Positions 11,854 through 24,580 of a DNA stretch of 64,000 nucleotides are shown here, one piece after another (within the stretch, counting starts at the first letter, position 1; each line of letters opens with the position of its first letter). A program made the position numbers and the translations under genes. Below the pieces are notes generated by a model that saw only the letters and a program-made list of their open reading frames with translations, had not been told where the DNA came from and did no database searches. Source of the stretch: TPA_inf: Saccharomyces (Eukaryota); NCBI GenBank assembly GCA_000146045.2, contig BK006938.2:224001-288000 (forward strand), in the 5' to 3' direction.

Positions 11854-12156
11854 TTTTAAATGTCGAAATTATGCCTGGCCTGCGTTTCTTCATGGCACTT
11901 TCGGAAAAGGCGGAAGAACACAGGTAAATGTTCTTACGACCGAGGTCCTACAGCCTCCCTTTTTTCTTATTTTACATATTAATATACATAAATATACCAT
12001 AATGCATTCTTTTTCTAATGATTTAGCTCTCCTTTTTTTGACAAATTTGAAAATAAATATAAAAAGGGCCATAAAATATTGAGTTAAAATTGACGATTTT
12101 TTTTATAGAAATGACTTGAATTTACGATTTAAAATAAAAATATACCTGGCATATAA

Positions 12157-14703
<2,547 letters not shown>

Positions 14704-14796
14704 TCAATGGCGTTGAGTCAAATCTTAATAGAACTAGATTAATTGACTACATCAACTGCGGATCTCTTAAATACACGGCCCTGATATATGTCCTTT

Positions 14797-14805
14797 TTTG
14801 CCACC
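14797..14805 (-). promoter_or_regulatory. Perfect PACE element GGTGGCAAA (Rpn4 site) 133-141 bp upstream of the CDC48 ATG
   Basis: The plus strand reads TTTGCCACC, which is GGTGGCAAA on the CDC48 coding strand. Confidence 0.65.
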
Positions 14806-15018
14806 GAATTCACATTCGAGGGGTTGCCGGGTAGTGCGCAAAAGGCGGTAGGTTAAAAAGGAAGGAGTTAGAGCTGTTCATAAGGTATCGATAGCAACGA
14901 TGGCTAGTAACATGATTGTTAGCATTATAGAGTGGATATGAATGGAAGCAAACACACCCATATGTATAAACTTAAATATGAAAAGAAAACGCTAAAAGAA
15001 ATCATAGCATGCATTACT

Positions 15019-15606
15019 CTAATCGGAGCCTTCTAGTTTGGCAAGCAATTCCTTGTGTAGCTTGCCCAACTTATCGAAGTCCGTTTCTTGGGCTGGCCAC
15101 CCTACAATCAAACCACTTTTCTCATCTCTCTTAGGAATCAAATGGAAGTGGACGTGGTCGACTTCTTGATGCGCAATTTTACCATTATTCTGCAACACAT
15201 TATAAGTGTCCAACTTCATTGCCTTGGCCAGTCTCTTGGCAATCGGCATAGCATCGGTAAGGAATTCGTCCGGGATGTCATGCAACTTCGCACCATGGTA
15301 CTTAGGAATGATTAAAGCATGACCTTCAGCAGTAGGTTGGATGTCCAAGAAAGCATACGAGTACTTTGTTTCAATCAATTTGAAGGATGGAATTTCGCCT
15401 GTTGCATAGCGGATCGATTGTTAGTATTCTGCTTTATGTATATGTACTACATAGAGACTATCGCCATCATTGGTGTGAGTGTAAGCTCTTTATTAGTAAT
15501 GTGACATACTTTTAATAATCTTGCAAAAAATACAGGCAGCATCAAGCGTAGCAGGAGCAGACATTTTTGTTGTTGTTAGGTACGGTGCCGATATCAATGG
15601 CTCCAT
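15019..15606 (-). CDS. HNT1: HIT-family adenosine 5'-monophosphoramidase. Exon 1 is 15510..15606 and exon 2 is 15019..15398 (minus strand).
   Basis: Exon 1 encodes MEPLISAPYLTTTKMSAPATLDAACIFCKIIK(S). Exon 2 continues EIPSFKLIETKYSYAFLDIQ... and contains the histidine triad HVHFHLIP. Intron signals are GTATGT at 15509-15504, TACTAAC at 15426-15420 and AG at 15400-15399. Confidence 0.88.
15399..15509 (-). other. HNT1: Spliceosomal intron of HNT1 (111 nt)
   Basis: Canonical yeast 5' splice site, branch point and 3' splice site on the minus strand. The join restores the frame (AAA-A|GC-GAA). Confidence 0.85.
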
Positions 15607-16140
15607 CAATGTTTCTTAAAAGTCTGGAAGGCGTGCTGATTGTCCTTTTACTTCATAATGTTCTCCGCTTTCCAGTCGAACACACATCACATTACACGAT
15701 CGTACAGCAATGCTTCAGTAGGGCGGTAACTTCTTCAGAAGAGAACGGACCCGCCATTATTTCTGCAAGGAATATTCTGTAACGATTCGCACCATATCTT
15801 AAAGCTTCTCAAGCTTACTGTTTTATGTGACCTCCTTTTGTACTTTTCAAGTTCTGTAGACAAGTGTCAATTCAACCTTTGAGGCTACGTGGCCAACAAG
15901 GTCTTGCGCGATTTACCGGTGTTTCCTTTGCGCCCCCTGCTCATGCCATCAAAACGGCACGCTGTTTTGTAGAAGCCTCCATGCGTCTCCTATTTGGGTC
16001 CTTGCAAAATAGTCTAACGAAAGCGCGGAGAATTAACCGGAAAAAGGAAGTTGCCACACTCCCCTTACTAATCCACACCTAGGATCTCCTTTACTCGTAT
16101 TTTGAATATCTACGAAAACACTCACATACGCTCATCCCAT

Positions 16141-16159
16141 ATATATATATATATATATA
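16141..16159. repeat. (AT)9-10 dinucleotide repeat about 100 bp upstream of YDL124W
   Basis: Direct reading. Confidence 0.9.
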
Positions 16160-16258
16160 CGGATATATTGATAGTCGGATACTACGTGGATATGGATACA
16201 CATGTAAACGGTTGTGTTACCCTAAAGAAACGGAGGTCAGTTAACAACACTTTTACAG

Positions 16259-17197
16259 ATGTCATTTCACCAACAGTTCTTTACCTTGAATAATGGAAAT
16301 AAAATCCCCGCAATCGCCATCATTGGGACAGGTACTAGATGGTATAAAAACGAAGAAACGGATGCTACCTTTTCGAACAGTTTGGTCGAACAGATTGTTT
16401 ATGCTCTGAAGTTACCTGGCATTATTCACATTGATGCTGCTGAGATCTACAGAACATATCCAGAAGTTGGGAAGGCACTTAGCCTCACCGAAAAACCAAG
16501 AAATGCAATATTCTTGACAGACAAGTACTCACCTCAAATCAAGATGTCAGATTCCCCAGCGGATGGACTAGATTTAGCTTTGAAGAAGATGGGCACTGAC
16601 TATGTCGATCTATACCTTTTGCATAGCCCATTTGTTTCCAAAGAGGTCAACGGGTTAAGTTTGGAGGAAGCCTGGAAGGACATGGAGCAATTGTACAAAT
16701 CAGGTAAAGCTAAAAATATCGGTGTTTCCAACTTTGCTGTGGAAGACTTGCAAAGAATTCTGAAAGTTGCGGAAGTCAAGCCCCAAGTTAATCAAATTGA
16801 GTTCAGTCCCTTCTTGCAGAATCAAACACCAGGGATCTACAAATTTTGCCAAGAACATGATATATTGGTAGAAGCATACTCGCCACTAGGTCCCTTACAA
16901 AAGAAAACAGCACAAGATGACTCTCAACCGTTTTTCGAATACGTGAAAGAGTTATCCGAGAAATATATCAAATCTGAAGCCCAAATTATCCTACGTTGGG
17001 TGACCAAACGTGGCGTGTTGCCTGTAACCACCTCTTCCAAACCTCAAAGAATTTCTGACGCGCAAAATTTATTCTCTTTCGACTTGACGGCTGAGGAAGT
17101 CGATAAGATAACGGAGTTGGGCTTGGAACATGAACCGCTAAGATTGTATTGGAATAAATTGTACGGTAAATACAACTACGCTGCTCAAAAAGTATAA
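16259..17197 (+). CDS. YDL124W: NADPH-dependent aldo-keto reductase (312 aa)
   Basis: Aldo-keto reductase family signature (…IDAAEIYRTYPEVG…, …LLHSP…, …IGVSNF…). Length and position match YDL124W. Confidence 0.85.
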   Translation: MSFHQQFFTLNNGNKIPAIAIIGTGTRWYKNEETDATFSNSLVEQIVYALKLPGIIHIDAAEIYRTYPEVGKALSLTEKPRNAIFLTDKYSPQIKMSDSPADGLDLALKKMGTDYVDLYLLHSPFVSKEVNGLSLEEAWKDMEQLYKSGKAKNIGVSNFAVEDLQRILKVAEVKPQVNQIEFSPFLQNQTPGIYKFCQEHDILVEAYSPLGPLQKKTAQDDSQPFFEYVKELSEKYIKSEAQIILRWVTKRGVLPVTTSSKPQRISDAQNLFSFDLTAEEVDKITELGLEHEPLRLYWNKLYGKYNYAAQKV

Positions 17198-17417
17198 ATA
17201 CCGGATAATTTATGTACGAGTCATATTTGTTTTGTATAACTTTATTAATCGACTTTTTTTGTCAGGTTTATCACCCCGTTACCCATCCCGCCACTTTTCA
17301 GCATCGAGGAAGAAAAAAGGGCTGTACATTATATAAAAGGCCATCAAAAAATACCGGAAGAGGGCATCTCCCCAATAAAGGTGCCACACTGAGCAGAGAC
17401 AGATAGGGACGCGCATC

Positions 17418-17840
17418 ATGTGTTGCTACTGTGTTTGTTGTACCGTTTCTGACTTTATACTGTATATTGTTGCGTTTTTTTTCCCCCCAGCTGCAGTCCT
17501 TCTTCGATCTGGGCCTTGTTCATCTGATTTCCTCCTGAATGTATTGCTAACGCTACTGGGATTTTTGCCCGGTATGTTACACGCATTCTACTACATCACA
17601 ATTACAAGTCCTTTAAGGAACGCTGAATACGTCTATTATTACCAGCAAGGCTGGGTGGATAGCGAAAGAAACGTTCCTTCGAATCGTCCTCAAAACTCGC
17701 AGACCCCCCAAAACCGCCCACAACAAGGAAGCTCCGCTAGAAACGTATACCCGAGCGTTGAAACTCCTCTGTTACAAGGCGCAGCTCCCCATGACAACAA
17801 ACAGTCTCTGGTTGAGTCTCCTCCTCCTTATGTGCCATGA
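17418..17840 (+). CDS. SNA4: Pmp3/UPF0057-family small membrane protein with a Cys-rich N-terminus and a PPxY C-terminus (140 aa)
   Basis: MCCYCVCC palmitoylation-like start, two TM helices of the Pmp3/SNA family, and a Q/P-rich tail ending PPPYVP. Confidence 0.85.
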   Translation: MCCYCVCCTVSDFILYIVAFFFPPAAVLLRSGPCSSDFLLNVLLTLLGFLPGMLHAFYYITITSPLRNAEYVYYYQQGWVDSERNVPSNRPQNSQTPQNRPQQGSSARNVYPSVETPLLQGAAPHDNKQSLVESPPPYVP

Positions 17841-18551
17841 TGAAGCTACAGCAAGGAAAATGAAAATTCCAGCAAGCAAGCAAGCGAAGACCGTTCTTCT
17901 CTTTCCTATGATCTTCCTTAGCAAAGAGGTTTGCCAGTCAAAGTAAAAGAGCTGCCATTAAGAAATGTATTTCATTTTGACAGCTTCTTCGATCAATACC
18001 GCCAGCTCCCTCGAGCCTATAACTATTTTGCGGATCTGTAAGCCGTAATGTTTTTCCCATAAACGTCACTGAATGTCCATATATCATACTACCAGTAAGC
18101 GCCTGTTGGAAACCTTCCTACCTTCATACGTGTATTCTGCTATATCCCTTCTTTTCCTCTTTACGTACAGAATGACATCTATGTAGGCAAGTTTCTTTTT
18201 CCATCATTGGAAAACGAAAATACATTTTTCACTAGCACCACAAAATTTTCAAGATGGCCAGGCTAGTTAAATCTATTATACAATAATTATTGGTTATATA
18301 TTTAAAAAACAGAAACATTTTTTGCTTTAAAAGCACGCCATAGTATTGCTTTTAATATTGTGATCTGCGTCCTTTTTTTTCTCAGGAAAAAAAAATTTTA
18401 TACACATTCAAAGAATAGAAGCGATTGTCAAAATTCGCTTCTCCTTTCTTTTCCATTATAACGTCTGATCATTTTACGTCTTCAGTGCCCTCCCTTGTTC
18501 GAAACTAGATACTTTCGAACACTTCTCCCCTTTTAATCTACAAAATTTTGT

Positions 18552-20981
18552 ATGGATTTGTTTATTGAAAGCAAGATAAACAGTTTATTACAATTTTTAT
18601 TTGGTTCCCGACAGGATTTTTTGAGAAATTTTAAAACTTGGAGTAACAACAATAACAATCTATCGATTTATTTATTAATTTTTGGCATAGTAGTATTTTT
18701 TTATAAAAAACCAGACCATCTAAACTACATTGTTGAGAGCGTTAGTGAAATGACAACAAACTTCAGAAATAATAATAGCCTTAGCCGTTGGTTGCCCAGA
18801 AGTAAGTTTACCCACTTAGACGAAGAGATCTTGAAAAGAGGTGGTTTCATTGCTGGTTTAGTTAATGATGGTAACACTTGTTTTATGAACTCTGTTTTGC
18901 AATCATTGGCATCATCCAGAGAATTAATGGAGTTCTTGGACAATAATGTCATAAGGACCTATGAGGAGATAGAACAAAATGAACACAATGAAGAAGGAAA
19001 CGGGCAAGAATCTGCTCAAGATGAAGCCACTCATAAGAAAAACACTCGTAAGGGTGGCAAAGTTTATGGTAAGCATAAGAAGAAATTGAATAGGAAGTCA
19101 AGTTCGAAAGAAGACGAAGAAAAGAGCCAGGAGCCAGATATCACTTTCAGTGTCGCCTTAAGGGATCTACTTTCTGCCTTAAATGCGAAGTATTATCGGG
19201 ATAAACCCTATTTCAAAACCAATAGTTTATTGAAAGCAATGTCCAAATCTCCAAGAAAAAATATTCTTCTTGGCTACGACCAAGAGGACGCGCAAGAATT
19301 CTTCCAGAACATACTAGCCGAGTTGGAAAGTAACGTTAAATCATTGAATACTGAAAAACTAGATACCACTCCAGTTGCGAAATCAGAATTACCCGATGAT
19401 GCTTTAGTAGGTCAACTTAACCTTGGTGAAGTTGGCACTGTTTACATTCCAACTGAACAGATTGATCCTAACTCTATACTACATGACAAGTCCATTCAAA
19501 ATTTCACACCTTTCAAACTAATGACTCCTTTAGATGGTATCACGGCAGAAAGAATTGGTTGTTTACAGTGTGGTGAGAACGGTGGCATAAGATATTCCGT
19601 ATTTTCGGGATTAAGCTTAAATTTACCGAACGAGAATATTGGTTCCACTTTAAAATTATCTCAGTTATTAAGCGACTGGAGTAAACCTGAAATCATCGAA
19701 GGCGTAGAATGTAACCGTTGTGCCCTCACAGCAGCGCACTCTCATTTATTTGGTCAGTTGAAAGAATTTGAAAAAAAACCTGAGGGTTCGATCCCAGAAA
19801 AGTTAATTAACGCTGTAAAAGATAGGGTCCATCAAATCGAAGAAGTTCTTGCCAAACCAGTTATTGACGATGAAGATTATAAGAAGTTGCATACAGCAAA
19901 TATGGTACGTAAATGCTCTAAATCTAAGCAGATTTTAATATCAAGACCTCCACCATTATTATCCATTCATATCAACAGATCCGTATTTGATCCAAGAACG
20001 TACATGATTAGAAAAAATAACTCGAAAGTATTGTTTAAGTCAAGGTTGAATCTTGCCCCATGGTGTTGTGATATTAATGAAATCAATTTGGATGCTCGTT
20101 TGCCAATGTCAAAAAAGGAAAAAGCTGCGCAACAAGATTCAAGTGAAGATGAAAACATTGGCGGTGAATACTATACGAAATTACATGAACGCTTCGAGCA
20201 GGAATTTGAAGACAGCGAGGAAGAAAAAGAATACGATGACGCAGAGGGGAACTATGCGTCTCATTACAATCATACCAAGGATATCAGTAACTATGATCCC
20301 CTAAACGGTGAAGTCGATGGCGTGACATCCGATGATGAAGATGAGTACATTGAAGAAACCGATGCTTTAGGGAATACAATCAAAAAAAGGATCATAGAAC
20401 ATTCTGATGTTGAAAACGAGAATGTAAAAGATAATGAAGAACTGCAAGAAATCGACAATGTGAGCCTTGACGAACCAAAGATCAATGTTGAAGATCAACT
20501 AGAAACATCATCTGATGAGGAAGATGTTATACCAGCTCCACCTATCAATTATGCTAGGTCATTTTCCACAGTTCCAGCCACTCCATTGACATATTCATTG
20601 CGCTCTGTCATTGTTCACTACGGTACCCATAATTATGGTCATTACATTGCATTTAGAAAATACAGGGGTTGTTGGTGGAGAATATCTGATGAGACTGTGT
20701 ACGTTGTGGACGAAGCTGAAGTCCTTTCAACACCCGGTGTATTTATGTTATTTTACGAATATGACTTTGATGAAGAAACTGGGAAGATGAAGGATGATTT
20801 GGAAGCTATTCAGAGTAATAATGAAGAAGATGATGAAAAAGAGCAGGAGCAAAAAGGAGTCCAGGAGCCAAAGGAAAGCCAAGAGCAAGGAGAAGGTGAA
20901 GAGCAAGAGGAAGGTCAAGAGCAGATGAAGTTCGAGAGAACAGAAGACCATAGAGATATTTCTGGTAAAGATGTAAACTAA
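18552..20981 (+). CDS. UBP1: Ubiquitin-specific protease (809 aa)
   Basis: Cys box GLVNDGNTCFMNSVLQSL and His box YGHYIAFRK, with a long acidic E/Q-rich C-terminal tail. The length matches Ubp1. Confidence 0.92.
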   Translation: MDLFIESKINSLLQFLFGSRQDFLRNFKTWSNNNNNLSIYLLIFGIVVFFYKKPDHLNYIVESVSEMTTNFRNNNSLSRWLPRSKFTHLDEEILKRGGFIAGLVNDGNTCFMNSVLQSLASSRELMEFLDNNVIRTYEEIEQNEHNEEGNGQESAQDEATHKKNTRKGGKVYGKHKKKLNRKSSSKEDEEKSQEPDITFSVALRDLLSALNAKYYRDKPYFKTNSLLKAMSKSPRKNILLGYDQEDAQEFFQNILAELESNVKSLNTEKLDTTPVAKSELPDDALVGQLNLGEVGTVYIPTEQIDPNSILHDKSIQNFTPFKLMTPLDGITAERIGCLQCGENGGIRYSVFSGLSLNLPNENIGSTLKLSQLLSDWSKPEIIEGVECNRCALTAAHSHLFGQLKEFEKKPEGSIPEKLINAVKDRVHQIEEVLAKPVIDDEDYKKLHTANMVRKCSKSKQILISRPPPLLSIHINRSVFDPRTYMIRKNNSKVLFKSRLNLAPWCCDINEINLDARLPMSKKEKAAQQDSSEDENIGGEYYTKLHERFEQEFEDSEEEKEYDDAEGNYASHYNHTKDISNYDPLNGEVDGVTSDDEDEYIEETDALGNTIKKRIIEHSDVENENVKDNEELQEIDNVSLDEPKINVEDQLETSSDEEDVIPAPPINYARSFSTVPATPLTYSLRSVIVHYGTHNYGHYIAFRKYRGCWWRISDETVYVVDEAEVLSTPGVFMLFYEYDFDEETGKMKDDLEAIQSNNEEDDEKEQEQKGVQEPKESQEQGEGEEQEEGQEQMKFERTEDHRDISGKDVN

Positions 20982-21132
20982 GTTATAAATACGATATCCG
21001 TAATTGTGTAAATAACAATAACTATAATTAAATTGAATAATTAAAAGTCTACGTTATTCGTTAAATCAATTGTTTAGCTAGTTACGAATGTCTAAAGTTT
21101 TTGTAGGACAATTGCAAAAATCACTTCCATTA

Positions 21133-21582
21133 TTATACAAATCCTTCGTAAGCTTCATTTTTCTTACCATTGTACTTCTTCAACTTTTTCTCTTCTTCTC
21201 TCCGTTCATCTAGTTCATCTTCGTTAATTAGGTCATCAATATCGAAATCGAAATCATTTGGATCTTTGTTGTACTGTCCAATTACACGTCTTTTAAGGCC
21301 TGTCTTTGAGTCTATTTCAAATTTTCTGGAAGCGGAAGAGGCACTTGCACTGTCATGGCCAAGGCTTTCCTCCGTGTCCTTCAGATCAAACTTTAATACA
21401 TTGGTATGATCAAGTTTTTTTTTCAAATATTCCCTCTTACCAAGCTTACCAGTCGCTGACTGTGCTGTTGCAGACGATTTCGGTTTTGTTAGTTTGAATG
21501 TACCGATGCCAGAAAACAATGGCAACAATGCAATGAAAGCAATCACAATAATGAGAAGTAAAAAATAACCGTATAGATTCAT
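21133..21582 (-). CDS. YDL121C: Small membrane protein with one N-terminal TM segment (149 aa; ER export of Pma1, EXP1)
   Basis: N-terminal hydrophobic helix, then a charged region and an acidic C-terminus. Position between UBP1 and YFH1. Confidence 0.7.
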   Translation of the reverse strand: MNLYGYFLLLIIVIAFIALLPLFSGIGTFKLTKPKSSATAQSATGKLGKREYLKKKLDHTNVLKFDLKDTEESLGHDSASASSASRKFEIDSKTGLKRRVIGQYNKDPNDFDFDIDDLINEDELDERREEEKKLKKYNGKKNEAYEGFV

Positions 21583-21922
21583 GCTCCGGACTTATTGACT
21601 TAGGCACCGAGAACTTTAAGGGAATTCGTCCTTTTCTTTTACTAAACGTAGATCATGGGTGCTTGATTTAGAGATACAACTCATCGCACTTGACAAATTT
21701 CAAAAAACCGTATTCAGTGATCATATTTGAAAAGTCACGTTTCTTACAATGTCCACATAGCCCTATAGGATATGAGGGATTAGTAACCGTAAATGATCTC
21801 TTTGAATCGCATTTTTAATTGAAAGCAACCTCGCTTGAAGACACTTACAAATCGTTACGTACTACTGAATACCAGAAAGATAGTATTTCAAAAAAAACTA
21901 AGCGAGAAGATAGAGTGTAGCA

Positions 21923-22447
21923 ATGATTAAGCGGTCTCTCGCAAGTTTAGTTCGAGTCAGCTCTGTAATGGGCAGAAGATATATGATAGCAGCGGCAGGA
22001 GGAGAACGTGCCAGATTTTGTCCAGCTGTAACAAATAAAAAGAATCATACTGTAAATACTTTTCAGAAGAGATTTGTAGAATCCTCGACAGATGGTCAAG
22101 TTGTGCCTCAAGAAGTGTTAAACTTACCGCTTGAAAAATACCATGAAGAGGCAGATGACTACCTAGACCATTTACTAGATAGCTTAGAAGAACTGAGTGA
22201 GGCTCATCCGGATTGTATACCTGATGTAGAGCTAAGCCATGGCGTAATGACATTGGAAATTCCAGCTTTTGGAACGTATGTAATAAACAAACAGCCTCCA
22301 AATAAGCAAATTTGGTTGGCATCACCATTGTCCGGGCCTAACAGATTTGACCTTCTCAATGGGGAGTGGGTTTCGTTAAGAAATGGCACAAAGCTAACAG
22401 ATATACTTACTGAAGAAGTTGAGAAGGCCATTTCTAAAAGCCAATAA
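21923..22447 (+). CDS. YFH1: Frataxin homolog, mitochondrial (174 aa)
   Basis: Mitochondrial presequence followed by the frataxin/CyaY fold, with an acidic helix DDYLDHLLDSLEELSEAHPD and the conserved motif QIWLASPLSGPNRFD. Confidence 0.95.
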   Translation: MIKRSLASLVRVSSVMGRRYMIAAAGGERARFCPAVTNKKNHTVNTFQKRFVESSTDGQVVPQEVLNLPLEKYHEEADDYLDHLLDSLEELSEAHPDCIPDVELSHGVMTLEIPAFGTYVINKQPPNKQIWLASPLSGPNRFDLLNGEWVSLRNGTKLTDILTEEVEKAISKSQ

Positions 22448-22688
22448 GTGCACTTATCCATCGACTCTCTTATATTTATTTAAACACTTGTAACGCATCC
22501 AATCTATTTCATAGTTAGAGTCTCTCTTCCTTGTTATTGATATGATTTTTCTTTTGTACCGTGTGTGTATGTATGTATGTATGAACGTACTACTAAGCTT
22601 CAACGTCACTCTATAAAGAAACTAAAAAGACACGTATTTATACCTTTTTTGAAGAATGCGAGATTGCAATGAAATATGTGTCTATTTT

Positions 22689-23612
22689 TTACATGAATCT
22701 TTTGACCAACTCCTCATATATACCCCACGCAATACCTGCACTGAAGGCCTTTCTTGCCAGCCTCATGCTTAACCCGCTAAATAACTTCAGCACATTTTCA
22801 TTTTTAACTATAGATGTAAATGTATTGAAGGAGTTGGTAAATTTTGATGGTTCCAATTGCATTCTCGTTTTTATGGTGTCGAACGGTGCCGTTACTGTGG
22901 TGGCTAAACTGGCGGATAGTACGGCGCTTGTTGTATTTACTGTTGTAGAGGTATAAGTAGTAAATCCTCCCTCAGGATTGTAATGTATAAACCTAGAAGG
23001 TAATACCATGGGCAGTAATTGTTTCGATTTTTCATATAGCAGCACATACAAACCTGCATAGGGAGCGTCTCTTAAACAAGTAGCTCCAAACCCTCTGAAA
23101 AATCCAAAAAGTCCTTCCTTAGTATATATATGGGTAATTGCCTCCTTTAAACTGGAGTAATTGTACAGAGTAGACTCATAACGGACTTTAATGACGGTGA
23201 TAGGCATGGTTATATAACCTACCAAACCTCTTGCAAATGCACCTGTTAGTAAATTTTCATACATCGTTAATCGTGGTAAGCTACTGCTCTTGTTATATAC
23301 AATGTTTGAATCGTTTGTTAATGAAGGCACAGCATTCCTCCTCTTTGCCAAAGATGAGCGCATAAGGTTCAAACATGATAAATATAAGGCGCTGCCTATT
23401 GATGTTCGTAATGCTGAAGGTAATGTACCTCTCCATAGCTGTAGAGGGCTGTCTATCTCTTTCAAATTTTTCCATAATGTAGCTTTCTTGTCTTGCTGGA
23501 TTCTCGTCTTCAAAAGGTCTAAAGGTTGCAACGCAACAGCAGATGTTAGCCCACCGAAAAAGCCCCCGATCAAATGCGATGAATTTCTTGGCTTAGTTGC
23601 TTGCTCAGTCAT
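22689..23612 (-). CDS. YDL119C: Mitochondrial carrier family protein (307 aa; mitochondrial glycine transporter HEM25)
   Basis: Three tandem mitochondrial-carrier repeats with Px[DE]xx[KR] signatures (PLDLLKTR, PITVIKVR, PFDTIKTRMQ). Confidence 0.88.
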   Translation of the reverse strand: MTEQATKPRNSSHLIGGFFGGLTSAVALQPLDLLKTRIQQDKKATLWKNLKEIDSPLQLWRGTLPSALRTSIGSALYLSCLNLMRSSLAKRRNAVPSLTNDSNIVYNKSSSLPRLTMYENLLTGAFARGLVGYITMPITVIKVRYESTLYNYSSLKEAITHIYTKEGLFGFFRGFGATCLRDAPYAGLYVLLYEKSKQLLPMVLPSRFIHYNPEGGFTTYTSTTVNTTSAVLSASLATTVTAPFDTIKTRMQLEPSKFTNSFNTFTSIVKNENVLKLFSGLSMRLARKAFSAGIAWGIYEELVKRFM

Positions 23613-24580
23613 GTATGCTGCTTCACAAATTGTGTACCTTCTAGTTGTTCCCGCTGTGCTATTTGCTTTTCTTTTGGTATAAGCTTATCCTTTTACTTCA
23701 ATCACCCCCTCGTGAGAATTTAATGTGGAAGCAATATACTACTACACCGTTGACTTGGAGATTTTCAAGCTCAATTTTGCGTTCACTCAAATCTAAGTCA
23801 TTTGAAACAAACACAACTTCTAAATATAGCAAGAGAAATAGGTCAATAACGCAGACACATATTTAACATTTAAGATACTGATAGATATTCAAAAGGAAAC
23901 AGTCACCACAAGCGTTGGAGATTCAGCAAAACCCAAAAAGCAAGAAATTACAAAATCATTGTCTCGCTGATGAAACACCATCCTTTAGTGTTTGTATCCA
24001 TTCAGCGTACCCTCTTGTTCTTGAGACTGGTGAATTTCGTAACTAGTTGAATATTGCAGGGTTTTCTTTTTCTAAATATGTATTAATGGTGGTGCCTGTC
24101 AGGGCGCGATAGAAGTGAAAAATTCTCGAATGGCTGGTTTGGTGGCCATTGAGCTGATCTGAAAAGGATGGTGAGATCAAGCTTGATATCTTGCATGCTT
24201 GGACCAACTATTTAAAATAAGTATTGAAAAAGGAGAATTTAGTTTCATTTACTCTCTACAATTGGATATTATACAGTTAAAACAAGAGAAAAGGCCAAAA
24301 TTAACGGGACTCTGTTTGCATAACATATCTATAATATCAGTTTGATCTACTGCTGTTAAACTAATTTTTCTTTCTTCTGATTTCACTTCGTCCTTAATAT
24401 TTTAACACATTAACTGTTTGCTATAAGCATACATTGCTTTTACCACTTTTTTTAATAATATCTTTTTATCCGTATTAATTACCGCATATAATTTTAGTTC
24501 GAAACATTAAAGGTCAGTCCCGAAGTTATAATTATAACATTTAATTCCTGAATTTACCGTATTACATTTAAATTTGCATA

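Noticed and set aside
14955-14968. ACACCCATATGTA, a Rap1-like motif between HNT1 and CDC48
   Set aside because: It mismatches the consensus at key positions and is not near a ribosomal-protein or glycolytic gene.
17212-17406. 64-aa ORF in the YDL124W-SNA4 spacer
   Set aside because: It has no ATG context and no domains. It is most likely a random ORF in an SNA4 promoter region.
19785-19794. GGTTCGATCC, a textbook tRNA T-loop motif
   Set aside because: It lies in-frame inside the UBP1 coding sequence (…PEGSIPEK…). There is no flanking acceptor or anticodon stem structure.
20820-20945. Imperfect GAGCAA/GAAGGT repeats at the UBP1 3' end
   Set aside because: They simply encode the acidic E/Q-rich C-terminal tail. 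This is not an independent repeat element.
23290-23682. 130-aa plus-strand ORF overlapping the 5' end of YDL119C (corresponds to the dubious ORF YDL118W)
   Set aside because: It overlaps a conserved carrier gene on the opposite strand, has a low-complexity hydrophobic sequence, and has no independent support.
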